Shown: in pieces, positions 21,138 through 32,516 of the stretch
Layout of the letters: each line of letters begins with the position of its first letter
Position numbering within the stretch: the stretch's first letter is position 1
From: an uncultured Nitrospiraceae bacterium
Lineage (GTDB): Bacteria; Nitrospirota; Thermodesulfovibrionia; Thermodesulfovibrionales; UBA6898
Assembly (NCBI GenBank): GCA_963811165.1
Contig: CAWEQH010000001.1
Coordinates: 576,001-640,000 of the forward strand
DNA length: 64,000 bases
Reading direction: 5' to 3'
The notes under the pieces: model-generated
What the model was told of the DNA's origin: nothing
Database searches by the model: none
Seen by the model: only the letters and a program-made list of their open reading frames with translations
Translations under genes and position numbers: made by a program

Positions 21138-21949
21138 AGATGATAAACCACCCTATCTTTATATCTGTCGTAAAAAATCCAGCCTGTGGACAATGCTCCC
21201 AGGGCGAACAATGACGCGAACAACAGTTTTTCATAAAAAAAAGGGACGTCCATGTATAAGACACCCCTGAAGACGCTTATAAAATAGTACATGGGGTTCA
21301 ACTCAAAGATTATCCTGAATCGTTCAGGGACTATCGACTCGGGGAAAAACACAGGGGTCATATACATCATGGCGAGCAGAACGACTTCATAAATGTATTT
21401 CGTGTCATGAAAAAAAACGGTCAGCGTCGAGAGGATGAGTGAAACCCCGTAACAAAATATCCCTACAAGGACGATTACCAATGGAAGCATGATAATACGG
21501 CCGCCGACAGAGGTGCCCGTCAGATAAAAGATTAAAAAAAGAGGGACGAGGGAGAAGACGAAATTGACAACTGCCGACATCACGACAGACAGTGGGAAGA
21601 TGGCCTTCGGAAGATAGATCTTCTTGATGAGATTGCTGTTAGTCAGCAGGCTTACGAGCGCCGATGACGTGCTCTGCGAGAAGAAGTTCCATAGAATGAT
21701 CCCGGAAAGGAGATAGGATGTGTAGTTTTTGGTCGCCACCCGAAAGAGTTCGGAAAAGACCATATTGAGTATCAGCATCATAAACAGAGGGTTAAGCATG
21801 ACCCAGAGAAATCCGAGAACAGACCTCTTATAGCGCACTTTAATGTCCCGCATGACGAGGTTCCTCAGAAGTTCCTTGTATCTGAGGATGTCAAATATTT
21901 CGCTTTTATATGTCACCATGCCTTGCCTCGGTTTGATATTATACAGCAT
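21134..21949 (-). CDS. wzm: Glycan ABC exporter permease
   Basis: RDIKVRYKRSVLGFLW..LNPL, TPVFFP, LNP; six TM segments; 4-bp overlap with wzt. Confidence 0.92.
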   Translation of the reverse strand: MLYNIKPRQGMVTYKSEIFDILRYKELLRNLVMRDIKVRYKRSVLGFLWVMLNPLFMMLILNMVFSELFRVATKNYTSYLLSGIILWNFFSQSTSSALVSLLTNSNLIKKIYLPKAIFPLSVVMSAVVNFVFSLVPLFLIFYLTGTSVGGRIIMLPLVIVLVGIFCYGVSLILSTLTVFFHDTKYIYEVVLLAMMYMTPVFFPESIVPERFRIIFELNPMYYFISVFRGVLYMDVPFFYEKLLFASLFALGALSTGWIFYDRYKDRVVYHL

Positions 21950-22068
21950 CCGCCCCGTCTTGTTCGCCTTGTCCGTGAATCTGTGAAACCCTCCCCGGGC
22001 TGTGCTAAAATCTTACATGGCCCGAGAGTTCAAAATGGTTTTATTTTTCCTGAAAAGGCCCTGAACCA

Positions 22069-23172
22069 TTGAAGATAGGTATTAATGCAACATTCCTGAG
22101 CGAAAAACCTACCGGATTAGGGGTTTTTACACAAGAGATATCCCGCCATATCTCTGCGCTTAACAGGGACTTCGTCGTATTTTCACCGGTCGCCCTGGAA
22201 GGAGTTTCGGAAGTTTTTATCCATAAAGTCCCGCCTTCGGTCAGGGGTTCTCTGAGGTTTCGCGATAACCTGCTGCGGTTTGTGTATCTAAACGGTCTCT
22301 TCCCCATGCTTTGCCGGAAGAGCAAAGTTGATGTCCTGTTTTGCCCGATGATAGAGTTTCCCTTTGTACCACTTGTCCCGCTTGTTGTGCAAGTCCATGA
22401 CCTGCACCCGATACAATTTGCCGCGCAGTTCAAGCGCGCTGCAGTTCACTTCAGATTATCACTGAAAAGGTTGGAGAAAGTCGCCGGAAGGGTGACCGTC
22501 TCGTCCGAGTTTGTAAAAAAAGTTCTCCTTTCGGCAACAAACTTGGGAGAAGACATGATCGACGTAGTCCCGCTTGCCTATAACCGGGAGAGGTTTTATC
22601 CAAGAGGCCAGGAGGGAAGAGCCGGGTTCCTGGCAAAATATTCCCTCAATGGCCCTTACATCCTTGCGGTGGGAAATCTCTTTCCTTATAAAAATATTGG
22701 CAGCCTTGTTGAGGCATTTCTCAGGATTAAAGGTAAGGTGGCTCATTCATTGGTCGTTGTCGGCAGAAAGGAATTTGCGGCATCGCAATTGGCCGATGAC
22801 GAACGGGTACTGTATACCGATTATGTCCCGGACGAAGACCTCCAGAAATTTCACTCCTATGCTGATCTTCTCATACACCCCTCCCTAAGCGAAGGCTTCG
22901 GACTTACTCCTCTTGAGGCGATGGCCTGCGGTACGCCGGTCATATGCTCTGACCGCGCATCATTACCGGAAGTAGTCGGAGACGCGGGGCTGCTTTTTGA
23001 TCCGGACGACGAGACCGCCTTGGGGGAATTGATACTGAGGGTGCTCGGCAATGAAGGACTGAGAAGAGAACTCTCGGCAAAAGGGCTGAAAAGGGCTCAA
23101 CTATTTTCCTGGGAGAAGACCGCCTCGGGCATCCTTGATTCGTGCAGGAAGGCGCTAAAAGAGAACCGGTGA
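22069..23172 (+). CDS. GT4 glycosyltransferase (mannosyltransferase-like)
   Basis: [36 protein letters not shown]. Confidence 0.9.
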   Translation: MKIGINATFLSEKPTGLGVFTQEISRHISALNRDFVVFSPVALEGVSEVFIHKVPPSVRGSLRFRDNLLRFVYLNGLFPMLCRKSKVDVLFCPMIEFPFVPLVPLVVQVHDLHPIQFAAQFKRAAVHFRLSLKRLEKVAGRVTVSSEFVKKVLLSATNLGEDMIDVVPLAYNRERFYPRGQEGRAGFLAKYSLNGPYILAVGNLFPYKNIGSLVEAFLRIKGKVAHSLVVVGRKEFAASQLADDERVLYTDYVPDEDLQKFHSYADLLIHPSLSEGFGLTPLEAMACGTPVICSDRASLPEVVGDAGLLFDPDDETALGELILRVLGNEGLRRELSAKGLKRAQLFSWEKTASGILDSCRKALKENR

Positions 23173-24280
23173 AGATACTCCATCTGCTGTACGAAAGCAA
23201 GGGCGATTATTTCGGGATCGGCGGTGTCGGAACGCGCGCATACGAGATTTACGGCCGCCTCAAAGGCAGGCACGAAATTACGCTTTTGTGCAAAAAATAT
23301 CCTGGCGCACGCGACAAAGAGATAGAAGGATTGGCACATATCTTTGCGGGTACCGAAAGCAGGAGTCTCACCAGGACGCTGTTGTCCTACGCATACAGGG
23401 CGGCCCGCTTTGTCTCGGAGAAGGGGAAAGATATGACCTCATAATTGAGGAATTCTCCCCGGCCGTGCCGACCTTTCTCCATGCCGTTACGAAAAGGCCG
23501 GTTGTGCTGCAGGTCCAGGGATATACGGGGTCCCTTTATTTCAGGAAGTACAACCCCCTCTATTCTTCGGTCCTTTTTCTTTTGGAGCACCTGCGGCCGT
23601 TGCTCTATTGCAACTTTATATTTATAAATGATGAGACCGCGGGCAGGCTCTTTCTCGATAACAAAAAGCATAAGACGGTCATCCCAAACGGCGTGGCCCC
23701 CGAACTCTTCGGCCTCCCGTTTCGGCGAGGGGATTACATACTTTACCTGGGCCGTATACATGTACGGCAAGGGGCTCGACCTGCTTTTGGCTGCGTATAC
23801 TGAATTTTGCAGTTCTTTCCGTAACATCAAACTGGTCGTGGCCGGGGACGGCAGGGACATGGACAGGTTAAGGTCAGCGGTGATGGCACTGCCGAGGGCG
23901 TAAGGGGGAACATCGAACTTCCCGGTTGGGTCTCGGGAGTAAAGAAAAGCGAAATTATCGGTGATGCCTCTTTTGTCGTCTTTCCTTCCAGGCATGAGGT
24001 CCAGCCCATATCGGTCCTTGAGGCTATGGCCTGCGGGAAGTCTGTTTTAGTGAGCGATATCCCCGCATGCTCTTTTGTCACGCAAAACGGGGCAGGGGTC
24101 TCCTTCAAGTCAGGGGACCCGGCCTCGCTGGCCCTCTCTATGAAAGATCTCGCCGAAAGCTCCGCACGTGAAGAAATGGGGATCAAGGGAAGGGAATGGG
24201 TCAAAAATTTCACATGGGACAGGATCGCAGCTCAATATGAGAAGTTCCTTGTCGAGACAGTCGAATCTTACTCGGAGTAA
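23169..24280 (+). CDS. GT4 glycosyltransferase (frameshifted)
   Basis: GTG start overlapping the previous stop; fragments KILHLLY..GIGG, IPNGV, LYLGRI, KGLDLLL, PSRHEVQPISVLEAMACGK, FTWDRIA. Confidence 0.82.
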
Positions 24281-25472
24281 ATGATCGCCTTGATCTTCTC
24301 CTTGTCTTTTATCTTGGCAGCCAGTTTTGCCGATTTTCTTGTCTGCGGAATTTCCGATCAGCACCCGGTAGAGCATCCCTTTGTCTTTCCCGGAGCCCTT
24401 GACCACAAAGGCATCGTATCCTTTCCCCTTAAATTGTTTCGTCAGCGCGGCGGCATTGTCTCACTCTTAAACACACCCAGTTGAACGGAATAGTCTTTTT
24501 CCCTGAGGTTTTCGCTTTACCCGAAGGAGTGGGCGCTGTGGGCAAGGCGCGGCGGTCCTTTTTTCGCAGGCAATATGGGGGCCGGTGAGGGCGATGCAGG
24601 GGCTGTTTTCCCGGCAGACGGGCAAGCCGCAGGGGCCGTCTTATTTTCAGCGCCGGTCTGTTGTTTTTGCTGTTCATTTTCCGGAGCAGGCGACGGAGTC
24701 GAAGAATGAGCGGGCGCCGCATTCGGTCTTCGGCTTCATGCGGTAGTCGATGGGTTTATGGGGACGGCCTTTTTAGTCCCCAAATCCCGGTATCAGCCCG
24801 CTGTAAAAGAGGGCGCCTGCACGATAACGACAATTACCATGGCCGCTCCGGCGATGACCGCAGGGAGGCTCGCTTCTTTTTTCTGCGCCTCAGCGCTTCT
24901 TTGGAAATTAGGCATCCGCAGGCTCCGGAATTTTTTTTCCCCGTAAACCATTTCTTTATCAGGCTCTTCGTCAAGCTCCGGTATACCCGACAACTGAAAA
25001 ATCGGAGCCTCATGTCCGGGGCCTGTTTTACGGCAGGACCTCAATCGGGAAGGCAGTCTCTTCGCTTTCAGGGGCACGTTCCTTTTTCCTTGACGTGCAG
25101 TACGATGGGGGGCCTTGAATTGAGGACTTTCGCGGTTTTTTCAAGGAGCTCACCGGCGGTGAAAGGGACGGTAATCACGTCCGGCGACACGAAGGCAGAA
25201 GAGAGTCAATTCCATTTTGCTCGCGGGGATATCAATAAGACGAGGGGGACCTTTTGCAGTGACTCGAACCCGCGGATCGTCCTGCACATATCAAGCCCTG
25301 TTTCATCGGGGTTTATGAATATGAGGGAAGGGCTGACTTTCTGCGCCATTTCCGTGCCGACGTCGCCGCCGGGGACCGCAAAAAACCAGATTCCCTTCCG
25401 ATCGAGGGTAGAAGCGATGAGCTGCTCCGTTTCGCTGTCGGAGTCAATTACAAGGATCGTTTTGCTTGCCAT
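24268..25472 (-). CDS. Pseudo-receiver / linker / TM / SPOR-domain protein (frameshifted)
   Basis: N-terminus KTILVIDSD...PSLIFIN...VPLVLL...ITVPF (receiver fold); TM AVIAGAAMVIVVIV/AGALFYSG at ~24790-24870; C-terminus YSVQLGVFKS..NAAALTKQFKGKGYDAFVV..LYRVLIG..AKLAAKIKDKEKIKAIIYSE*. Confidence 0.78.
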
Positions 25473-25511
25473 AGTAAATTCCCTTTCAATGGGTTATCGT
25501 ATCCCGAGACC

Positions 25512-26529
25512 TCAAAGAGGTTCCCAGTACTTCGAAGGCATATGTTGCGCCAGTTCAGCGCACCGTTCATCCTGCAAACAGAGGGTCTTCCACGCAAGAT
25601 ACCCTGCAGGGGCCGTATTCTCTCAGTGCGTCCTGCAAATATTCACGGAGGCCCCGGATCAGGCTGCCGCCGCCTGCAAAGACGATATTGTTTTTATCCT
25701 GACCTGAATTCAGGATCGAACCTCGCGATCATCTCGGTGGTGGTCTCGGTGAGCGCCGGAAGAATGCTTTCGGAGGCCGCTTGATCTCGTGTTTGATATC
25801 GTGCATGACGGGTTTGCCGTCGACCGGTATCCCTCGCGGACCTCTTCGGCCGTGTCCCTTACAAAGCTGTAATTTTTTTTGAACCGACGCACCATGTTCT
25901 TGTTGAACTTCGAGTTGGGATATTTCTCGATCAGATAGCTGAACAGCTGGTCTTCTATGTAATCGCCCGCATTCAGTATGGTCTTCTGGGCTTCCTCTGT
26001 AGGGATCGCCCCGTGCATGATGCAGAAATCGGTCGTACCCGCGCCGATATCGATGACGAGCGAATGTTCAGGAGGTTCATCCCGTAGGCGACCGCAAAGG
26101 GTTCGGTCACACCATCAATGCGTGGACGAATTCCGTCACCGCCTTTCTGATGGCGAGTTGTTCACCTTCAGGGTATCGGCCGAACGCCCACGACCGCGTG
26201 TATCTTTTGTTCCGGTTTGGGGCCTGCGAGTTCGATCAGATGCTTCATGATCTCTTTCACGGCCTCTTCGTTTTTGCCGATCCCTTCCTTTATCACACCA
26301 TGCTCAAGAGCCGGCAGACGTCGAGGGAGAGCCTGTTTTGGAGCGCCTCGGCGCCGAAGAGCACCGGCTTGCCGACGACCTGCATCGAGATAAAGTCCTT
26401 GGGCCAGCCCACGAAACTCTCGATCCATTCCCTCTTGTCGTTGCCGGCCGAGATCGCGGACCTCGATGTCCCGAGGTCGATCCCTACGAACAGGATGTTA
26501 TCTTTTTTCTGCGGATCCGTTTGCCTCAT
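25512..26529 (-). CDS. MamK-like actin homolog (frameshifted)
   Basis: Reassembled: LFVGIDLGTSRSAI...SFVGWPKD...LEHGVI...AVVGV...TEPFAVAYG...VIDIGAGTTDFCIMHGAIP...AGDYIE...YSFV...DGKPV..DI...FDPEF..NNIVFAGGGSLIRGL...VEDPLFAG..GAL..AQHMPSKYWEPL*; colinear with MamK as I recall it. Confidence 0.85.
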
Positions 26530-27556
26530 AGCTCATTTCTCCTTTATTTAGGTAATCCAGTATCCCGGCCTCAAGATAATGGGCGATATTCTCCCTGTGC
26601 CCCGGGGTGTTCAGCATCTGTTCCTCCTCTTTGTTGCTCAGGCATGAGACCTCCGCCAGCACGGCCGGTATGTCCACTCCAAGCAGCACGACGAAAGGCG
26701 CCCTCTTGACCCCGAAGTCGTAGGCGTTTCCGTTGTCTTTCTTGAAGTTCAGAAAAAGCGTTTTTTGTATGGAATATGCAAGGCCCCTGGACTCCTGCGT
26801 CTTCATCCTCTCCCCCAGCTTTTCGATGATCTCCTTGAAATCGCTCAGGCCATACTGGGACCCGGCGTTTTCCTGTTCCGCAAGCCTTTGCGTCTTGGTA
26901 TCGGCAGAGGGACCGAAAAAGTAGGTCTCGATGATATTGATCGGTTTGTGGGGAATATAATTGAGATGAATGGACAGGAAGAGGTCCGCCTTTTTTGATA
27001 CTGCCATATCGACCCTTTTATTGAGGGGCACCGTAACGTCCTGGTCTCGGGTCATCAACACGTTAAACCGGCCGTATTTGTCTAAACGTTCCTTCAGCCT
27101 CCTTGCGATGTCTAAAGTGATGTCCTTCTCAAGAGTGCCCATTACTCCCTTTGTGCCGGAGTCTGCGCCGCCGTGCCCCGCGTCTATCATGATCGTCCTT
27201 ACCCCCAGGCCGAAGGTGCGGCTGACCGACATATCGGGATTGGTGATAAATGCCCGGAAATCGGCCGGATTTGATTTGGGGCCGGGAGTGAGAATTTTTT
27301 GACTTATCTCGCTTGCGGTCAGCTGTTTTTCCGAGAAGAACGAGTTTGAGACGTAGGAGCCGTGGACCAGGATAGCGACCGTTGAGATAAGCAGGGTCAG
27401 GAAAAACTTATTGAGGAGAAAAGGTTTTTGCCGTGATGCAACGCCGTCGCCCTTGCCGATGATCCGCAAATTTTCTTCATAGACGCCCCGCAGCATCTCC
27501 TGCCGGACCTTAAGATCGTTTTTCTTCCGCGAAAAAATAGAGATCATGACGTTCAC
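26498..27556 (-). CDS. N-acetylmuramoyl-L-alanine amidase (Amidase_3, AmiC-like) with N-terminal TM
   Basis: IMIDAGHGG, EKDITL, LFLSIHLN, AEQEN, APFVVL, LAEVSCLSN. Confidence 0.92.
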   Translation of the reverse strand: MNVMISIFSRKKNDLKVRQEMLRGVYEENLRIIGKGDGVASRQKPFLLNKFFLTLLISTVAILVHGSYVSNSFFSEKQLTASEISQKILTPGPKSNPADFRAFITNPDMSVSRTFGLGVRTIMIDAGHGGADSGTKGVMGTLEKDITLDIARRLKERLDKYGRFNVLMTRDQDVTVPLNKRVDMAVSKKADLFLSIHLNYIPHKPINIIETYFFGPSADTKTQRLAEQENAGSQYGLSDFKEIIEKLGERMKTQESRGLAYSIQKTLFLNFKKDNGNAYDFGVKRAPFVVLLGVDIPAVLAEVSCLSNKEEEQMLNTPGHRENIAHYLEAGILDYLNKGEMSYEANGSAEKR

Positions 27557-27849
27557 AACACTTTACCAATTTGCGGGAAAAAATTCAATGGTGAAGCTCT
27601 CTTATAGCAGGCATGTCACTTGTCCTGTGCCCTCTGCAGCAAAAAATGTATCTTGTTCCAGGCCATGTTGTTAGCGCCTGTGCTTGCCCGCTATGTATAT
27701 GTAATAGTAATGGCGCCGAGGGGAACCCTCTCCCAGGTTTTTCTCGCTCTTGCCTATCCCGAAGCCGAAATTCAAGAAATTCAGTCTCTGTCGTCCATTA
27801 ATTCATATTCTTCAACTATAGAGTATTCATCCTGAATCCGGAAAACAAT

Positions 27850-28899
27850 TTAAATTATGACCTGCATCTTCTTCAGGCCAAAGGCAGTTAGGTTCGTTAA
27901 GAGGAAGGATAGCATATAAATGATAATCACTAGAAAAGAGAATAACAAATAATCTTCTAAGAGATTTAATTGAAGGTATCTAAAAAGAGGTAAAGTCTGA
28001 GTTAATAAAATATGATGAATTAGAAATGCTCCATAAGAATATACACTGAAAAAATTAACAATCTTCTTAAGAAATAAAATATCAAAAAAAGAAGAGACAC
28101 ATGATAAACATATGAAAATGCAAATACCTTCTATAGCCGTCCTATAAAGGATAGGCATATTCGTTTCAACAGCCAAGAAAAAGAATATTCCTGCTATTCC
28201 TATTATGAAAACTTTTGACAATCCATGAGAGGGGTTATAGAAATAAACAAAACTCATGCCAAAGGCAAATTCGACTAACCGAGACAGCGGAAATCTGAGA
28301 ATTTCCATATTCAGACAATAAAATCTTTCCGTCAAGATCATTATGAATACACAAAACAGAAAGGTGATCAATTGATTTGTCAAAAATAGACGCCGCAAAA
28401 AAGGAAAAATCATATACATGATGATGATAAAGCCTAAAAACCATTCTCCCAGCAAATAAAAATTATTTACTCCATACCGCAAAAAACCATCTAGCCCCGC
28501 GATTGTAAGCAAGAAAGTTGCCAAATGTGCTTTTACAGGAACCGCTTGATATTTCAAGAATAATATTGAAAAAGTTATCACATAAGTAACCCAGAAAAGA
28601 GGATAAATGGAAAAAAACCTTTTTTTAAAAAAAGCCTTTGCCTCAAAGGTGTCTTTTGTGCTTACCATTAGTGAAGCTCCCGATAGAATAATGAAGAGTG
28701 ACACTCCTATAAGTCCCCAAAAAGAGTGATCCAAGCTAAACAGCGATTGAGGCCAGAAGACGATATTGTTCGTAATTCCCATTTCCAGGGCATGATAATT
28801 GTAATGAAAAATTATTATCAGTAATATTGAAATCGCTCTTAAAAAGTCAAGGTAGAAAAGTCTTTTCCCCTTCATCGTATGTAGTTTGACATTATCCAC
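27850..28899 (-). CDS. Acyltransferase family 3 (polysaccharide O-acyltransferase)
   Basis: LDFLRAISILLIIIFH, GVSLFIILSG, KRFFSIYP, YSYGAFLIH; ~10 TM; AT-rich. Confidence 0.88.
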   Translation of the reverse strand: MDNVKLHTMKGKRLFYLDFLRAISILLIIIFHYNYHALEMGITNNIVFWPQSLFSLDHSFWGLIGVSLFIILSGASLMVSTKDTFEAKAFFKKRFFSIYPLFWVTYVITFSILFLKYQAVPVKAHLATFLLTIAGLDGFLRYGVNNFYLLGEWFLGFIIIMYMIFPFLRRLFLTNQLITFLFCVFIMILTERFYCLNMEILRFPLSRLVEFAFGMSFVYFYNPSHGLSKVFIIGIAGIFFFLAVETNMPILYRTAIEGICIFICLSCVSSFFDILFLKKIVNFFSVYSYGAFLIHHILLTQTLPLFRYLQLNLLEDYLLFSFLVIIIYMLSFLLTNLTAFGLKKMQVII

Positions 28900-29911
28900 G
28901 AAGAAACTTTTTGATCTTCATTAAGAAGAAGTCCTTTTCCCAAACAGAGGTCATAATACTGTAAAGGTATTTATTATCGACTTTCACGGTTTTCATAATT
29001 TGTTTTCTCTTGCTCATCATGCTTGGAAAAAAAATGACAACGTCTCTTTTTGCCTTAAGATAAACCCTCAGTTTCCTATGCTTTACTGCAAAATAGATAA
29101 ACTCAGATATGATGCCAAGGATAAATTCCGGGAAACACCTCAAGAAAAGAACAAATGAGATATTCTTGATTCTCACAAATTCGCTGTTCCTGAGGGTATA
29201 ATAAACAGCCATATCGCTCATATGACCTATCGATGAGCGAACCTTATGATAGACTACCGCGGTAGGTACGTAGAGGACCTGCCAACCTGCAAGCTGAGCC
29301 CTGAAGTTAAGATCGGTATCTTCGTGGATCAGGAAAAAATCTTTGTCAAGAAAACCGATCTCATCGAGCATTTTCCGCCTGTAAAGTGCAGCACCTGCAC
29401 AAGCACCGAAGACATATTCCTGGCTGTTATAGTTGAGGCTGGCTTCCCCTTCTCCTCGTTTAAAGCCCTTCAGCGATGTTGAGTATCCGTCACCCGCACT
29501 ATCTATGTTATCTGTTCCAAAAACAATCATTTTAGAAGCGCAGATGCCCGTATCGGGACGCGCTTCCATCACTCTAACAAGATTATCGATCCATTCCCTG
29601 CCGGGTTCGGTGTCATTATTAAGGAGGGCTATATATTCGGCTTCCGTATACGCTAACCCCGCCAGATTACCACCAGCAAAGCCTGAGTTACCGTTTAAGG
29701 GGATTAATTTTACAGGATTTAAAGTGCTCATTTCTAAAAACTTTCGGATTTCATTTATTGAATTATCTGACGAGCCATTTTCAACAATGATAACCTCAAA
29801 GTCCTTAAAGCTCTGCTCCTCAATAGCTCTCAGACAATCTATCGTCAGGTCGCTCCCATTGTAATTGACAATAATTATGCTTACTTTGGGCATCTGCCTT
29901 GGTTGATGCAT
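28892..29911 (-). CDS. GT2 glycosyltransferase
   Basis: VSIIIVNYNG, GFAGGN, LLNNDTE, EDTDL. Confidence 0.9.
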   Translation of the reverse strand: MHQPRQMPKVSIIIVNYNGSDLTIDCLRAIEEQSFKDFEVIIVENGSSDNSINEIRKFLEMSTLNPVKLIPLNGNSGFAGGNLAGLAYTEAEYIALLNNDTEPGREWIDNLVRVMEARPDTGICASKMIVFGTDNIDSAGDGYSTSLKGFKRGEGEASLNYNSQEYVFGACAGAALYRRKMLDEIGFLDKDFFLIHEDTDLNFRAQLAGWQVLYVPTAVVYHKVRSSIGHMSDMAVYYTLRNSEFVRIKNISFVLFLRCFPEFILGIISEFIYFAVKHRKLRVYLKAKRDVVIFFPSMMSKRKQIMKTVKVDNKYLYSIMTSVWEKDFFLMKIKKFLRG

Positions 29912-29961
29912 GTCTGAATAATGAAGATAGGGAGCCCGATCTCATTCATACGGGTTTGCAC

Positions 29962-32503
29962 TTAATACGAGGAAATTAAATATGAAACGTCATCGCTTTC
30001 GCTCTTAATGAATACCTTAATGATATTAAAGCCAGTATCTTTAGAAATTACTTCCTTTAAAACTGATCCCCCAACTTTAAACTCCCATCCCGAATTCAGA
30101 CAATCAGCCCTATCAAAATGCTTTTCCACATCCGGACGCGGCATCCCAAGCGTTGCCTTTCCCACAAGTTCAGCATTGGCATAAATGAAGATCTCCTTTA
30201 CGGGGTCATTGATTCCTTTGCCTATAGCCCACCCGAAAATGGAGAGACCGCCATCCTGTGTCATCCAAACAGAATCAATGTTTCCCATAGGGTAATGGGT
30301 AGGCATCAAATTGTTCATCTGCGGAATATTCTTTTTTGTAACCACATAAATATCCTGAAATCCGCGTAATTCTTTCTCCAGAAAATAAATATTGGCAATG
30401 CCTATTTTCTTGCCCAATCCCTCCACCCAATCTCGTTTTACAAAGGTAGATCCATATTCCTTTGAAGACAATGACCTGCTTTCGCTCCAATTAAAAAAGG
30501 TGAACCCTGACGGATCGATCTGAAGTCCTTCAGGGCACAACGATTCTCCATGCGTTGAAAAGATAAGGATTCCGTCATCGTCCAAAACGTTATAGAGAGT
30601 CGATAGCCACTCTTCAAAACGGTTTGCGGGAAGATGAGAAAATAGAGATCCTACATAAATTATCTCAAAGTTTCCGGGAAATACCAGGCGTGAAGGTTCT
30701 GTTTCAGAGTAAAACCCATTTACCATAAAATATTTCTTTTGAAAATCTACCGCGTCCTTGTAGATATCGCTTACCCATACTTTGGTGGACTCGATCTCTT
30801 GAATCAAGAACCTCGTAACCCTTCCGTAGCCGCATGCAAAGTCCAAAAAGGTTCTTACTTCTCGAAACGACTTTCCGCTAAACCGTATAATATTTTCAAT
30901 GCTCTTAAAACATTCTCTGCCTATTATGAAATAGAGATATTTTGCCGTATCCTTCTGCTCGGTGCTATTTCTCGAAGTGATATACATCTCATCTTCCGGA
31001 CTTATTACATCAACAAAAGTATTGGGGTTCTTCGCTGCCGTTTCGATGTAGGCATTCGCTAATTTTTCCTCTCTGTCAGTGAACAAATGTTGATTGATGA
31101 CATGCCTGTCATTAGATCCTTTTGTCTTCTCCATACACTGTCTAATAAATCCTTTTATCTTTTCCATGCATTGTTTGTTAAAAGTCTCTTCCCAGCTCTG
31201 GCTCCAATGAACGTTGGCTCCGCTTACACGGCTGTCATAATTTTCAATATTCTTTATTGCCCTCACGAGTCCATTTTCTATTCCTTCTGTTGTGGGTTCA
31301 GCCGGGATAATATTTGTCGAAGATTTCCCTAAGACGTTCTGCTGTTTTATTAGCAAAGGTATTTGTTATAACAAGCATCCCCGCTGCAGCCATTTCTAAA
31401 GGTACAATGCTTGGGTGTGGTGAAAGCATCAAACTAAGGCCAATATCAAACCCCGGCAGCACCTCTTTATATTCGTTCAGACTCAGCTTCGGCAACAGTT
31501 TCATAGATACATTGTCATGAAGGATTATCTTCTTGTTCTCTCCCTCTACACTGCCGATTCCATAGAACTCCCAGTTATCAACATCAAAATAACCACTTCC
31601 GATTACATTGGACAATGCGATCATTCCAAGCTCAAACATGTTTCGTGATGCATGTTCCTCAGGGCGTGCATAAAACAATAATTTCTTTTTTGCCCTACTC
31701 GCCATCTTGGTCTTGTCTAATTGAAATTTCAGAATCGCGTTCTCAATAGCAACAGACGATTCCTCACCGATTTGATGCCCGTCTCTAAATACTCCTAATC
31801 GATTCTGACTGAAATATTCTCTCAGTATTTCCGTAGAAAACACCGCGTAATGAGGAAGATTATAGCTTTCCATCGCCAAAGCCGCAAATGATCCCATCGG
31901 GTAAAATATAGGTTCGAATTCCTGGCTGAGATATAGAAAGTTATGAGAATTGAGGTATTTTATAGCGTAATTTGCGATATGAGCCGTCCACCAGCTGGTC
32001 GCCATGAAAACATCTTTTCCGCTCACATTTATTGGCTTTGACCTGAGGACAGCATATTCAACTTCAACATAATCAAAGAACCCTTCAAGTCCTTCGTATT
32101 TCTTAATCTCCTCTTTCCACACATCGGGTTCAAACTTACACTCATCGATAATTACCATTCTGACTTTAAATCCTTCTGCTGTCAGCTTTTTCGCAAGATT
32201 AAAGACCGATAGATATCCACCAAAGAAATACTTAAAATTGATGATGGAAATCAGCATATTCACCCGTTCTGGTTCGCTGTCCACAATTTCAAGATTTAAG
32301 GGTGCAATCTTCTGTCTGATGAAATTGATGACAGGATAATCCCGAAACGCTGAAGAATCTGCAGAATGATTTGTGCTGTCCACCACTTTTTCCCTTGCCT
32401 TCTTAAGAAAAGCCCTGAATCCGTAATTTCTTATATATAAAAAAGATTTTTGTGCAGTTAGTTTATTGAATAGCCTCAAAAATTTCAATACAGTTTCCGC
32501 CAT
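29962..32503 (-). CDS. WsaF-like glycosyltransferase fused to a SAM methyltransferase and a C-terminal Ig-like module (frameshift ~31320)
   Basis: AGGAG before ATG 32503; FFGGY, ATSWWTA, FYARPE..RN.FELG, SLMLSPHPSIVPLEMAAAG; the GT C-terminus (NIIPAEPT...WSQSW) continues in the next frame, then LDFACGYGRV, SLFSHL, GWA..RPDV. Confidence 0.75.
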
Positions 32504-32516
32504 TGATCTGCTTCTC

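Noticed and set aside
24661..25707. 348-aa plus-strand ORF
   Set aside because: Antisense shadow of the SPOR and actin genes; no motifs.
24268..27556. Magnetosome gene cluster
   Set aside because: Only the MamK-like gene is present; no mamA/B/E/M/P/Q-like genes are recognisable in the window.
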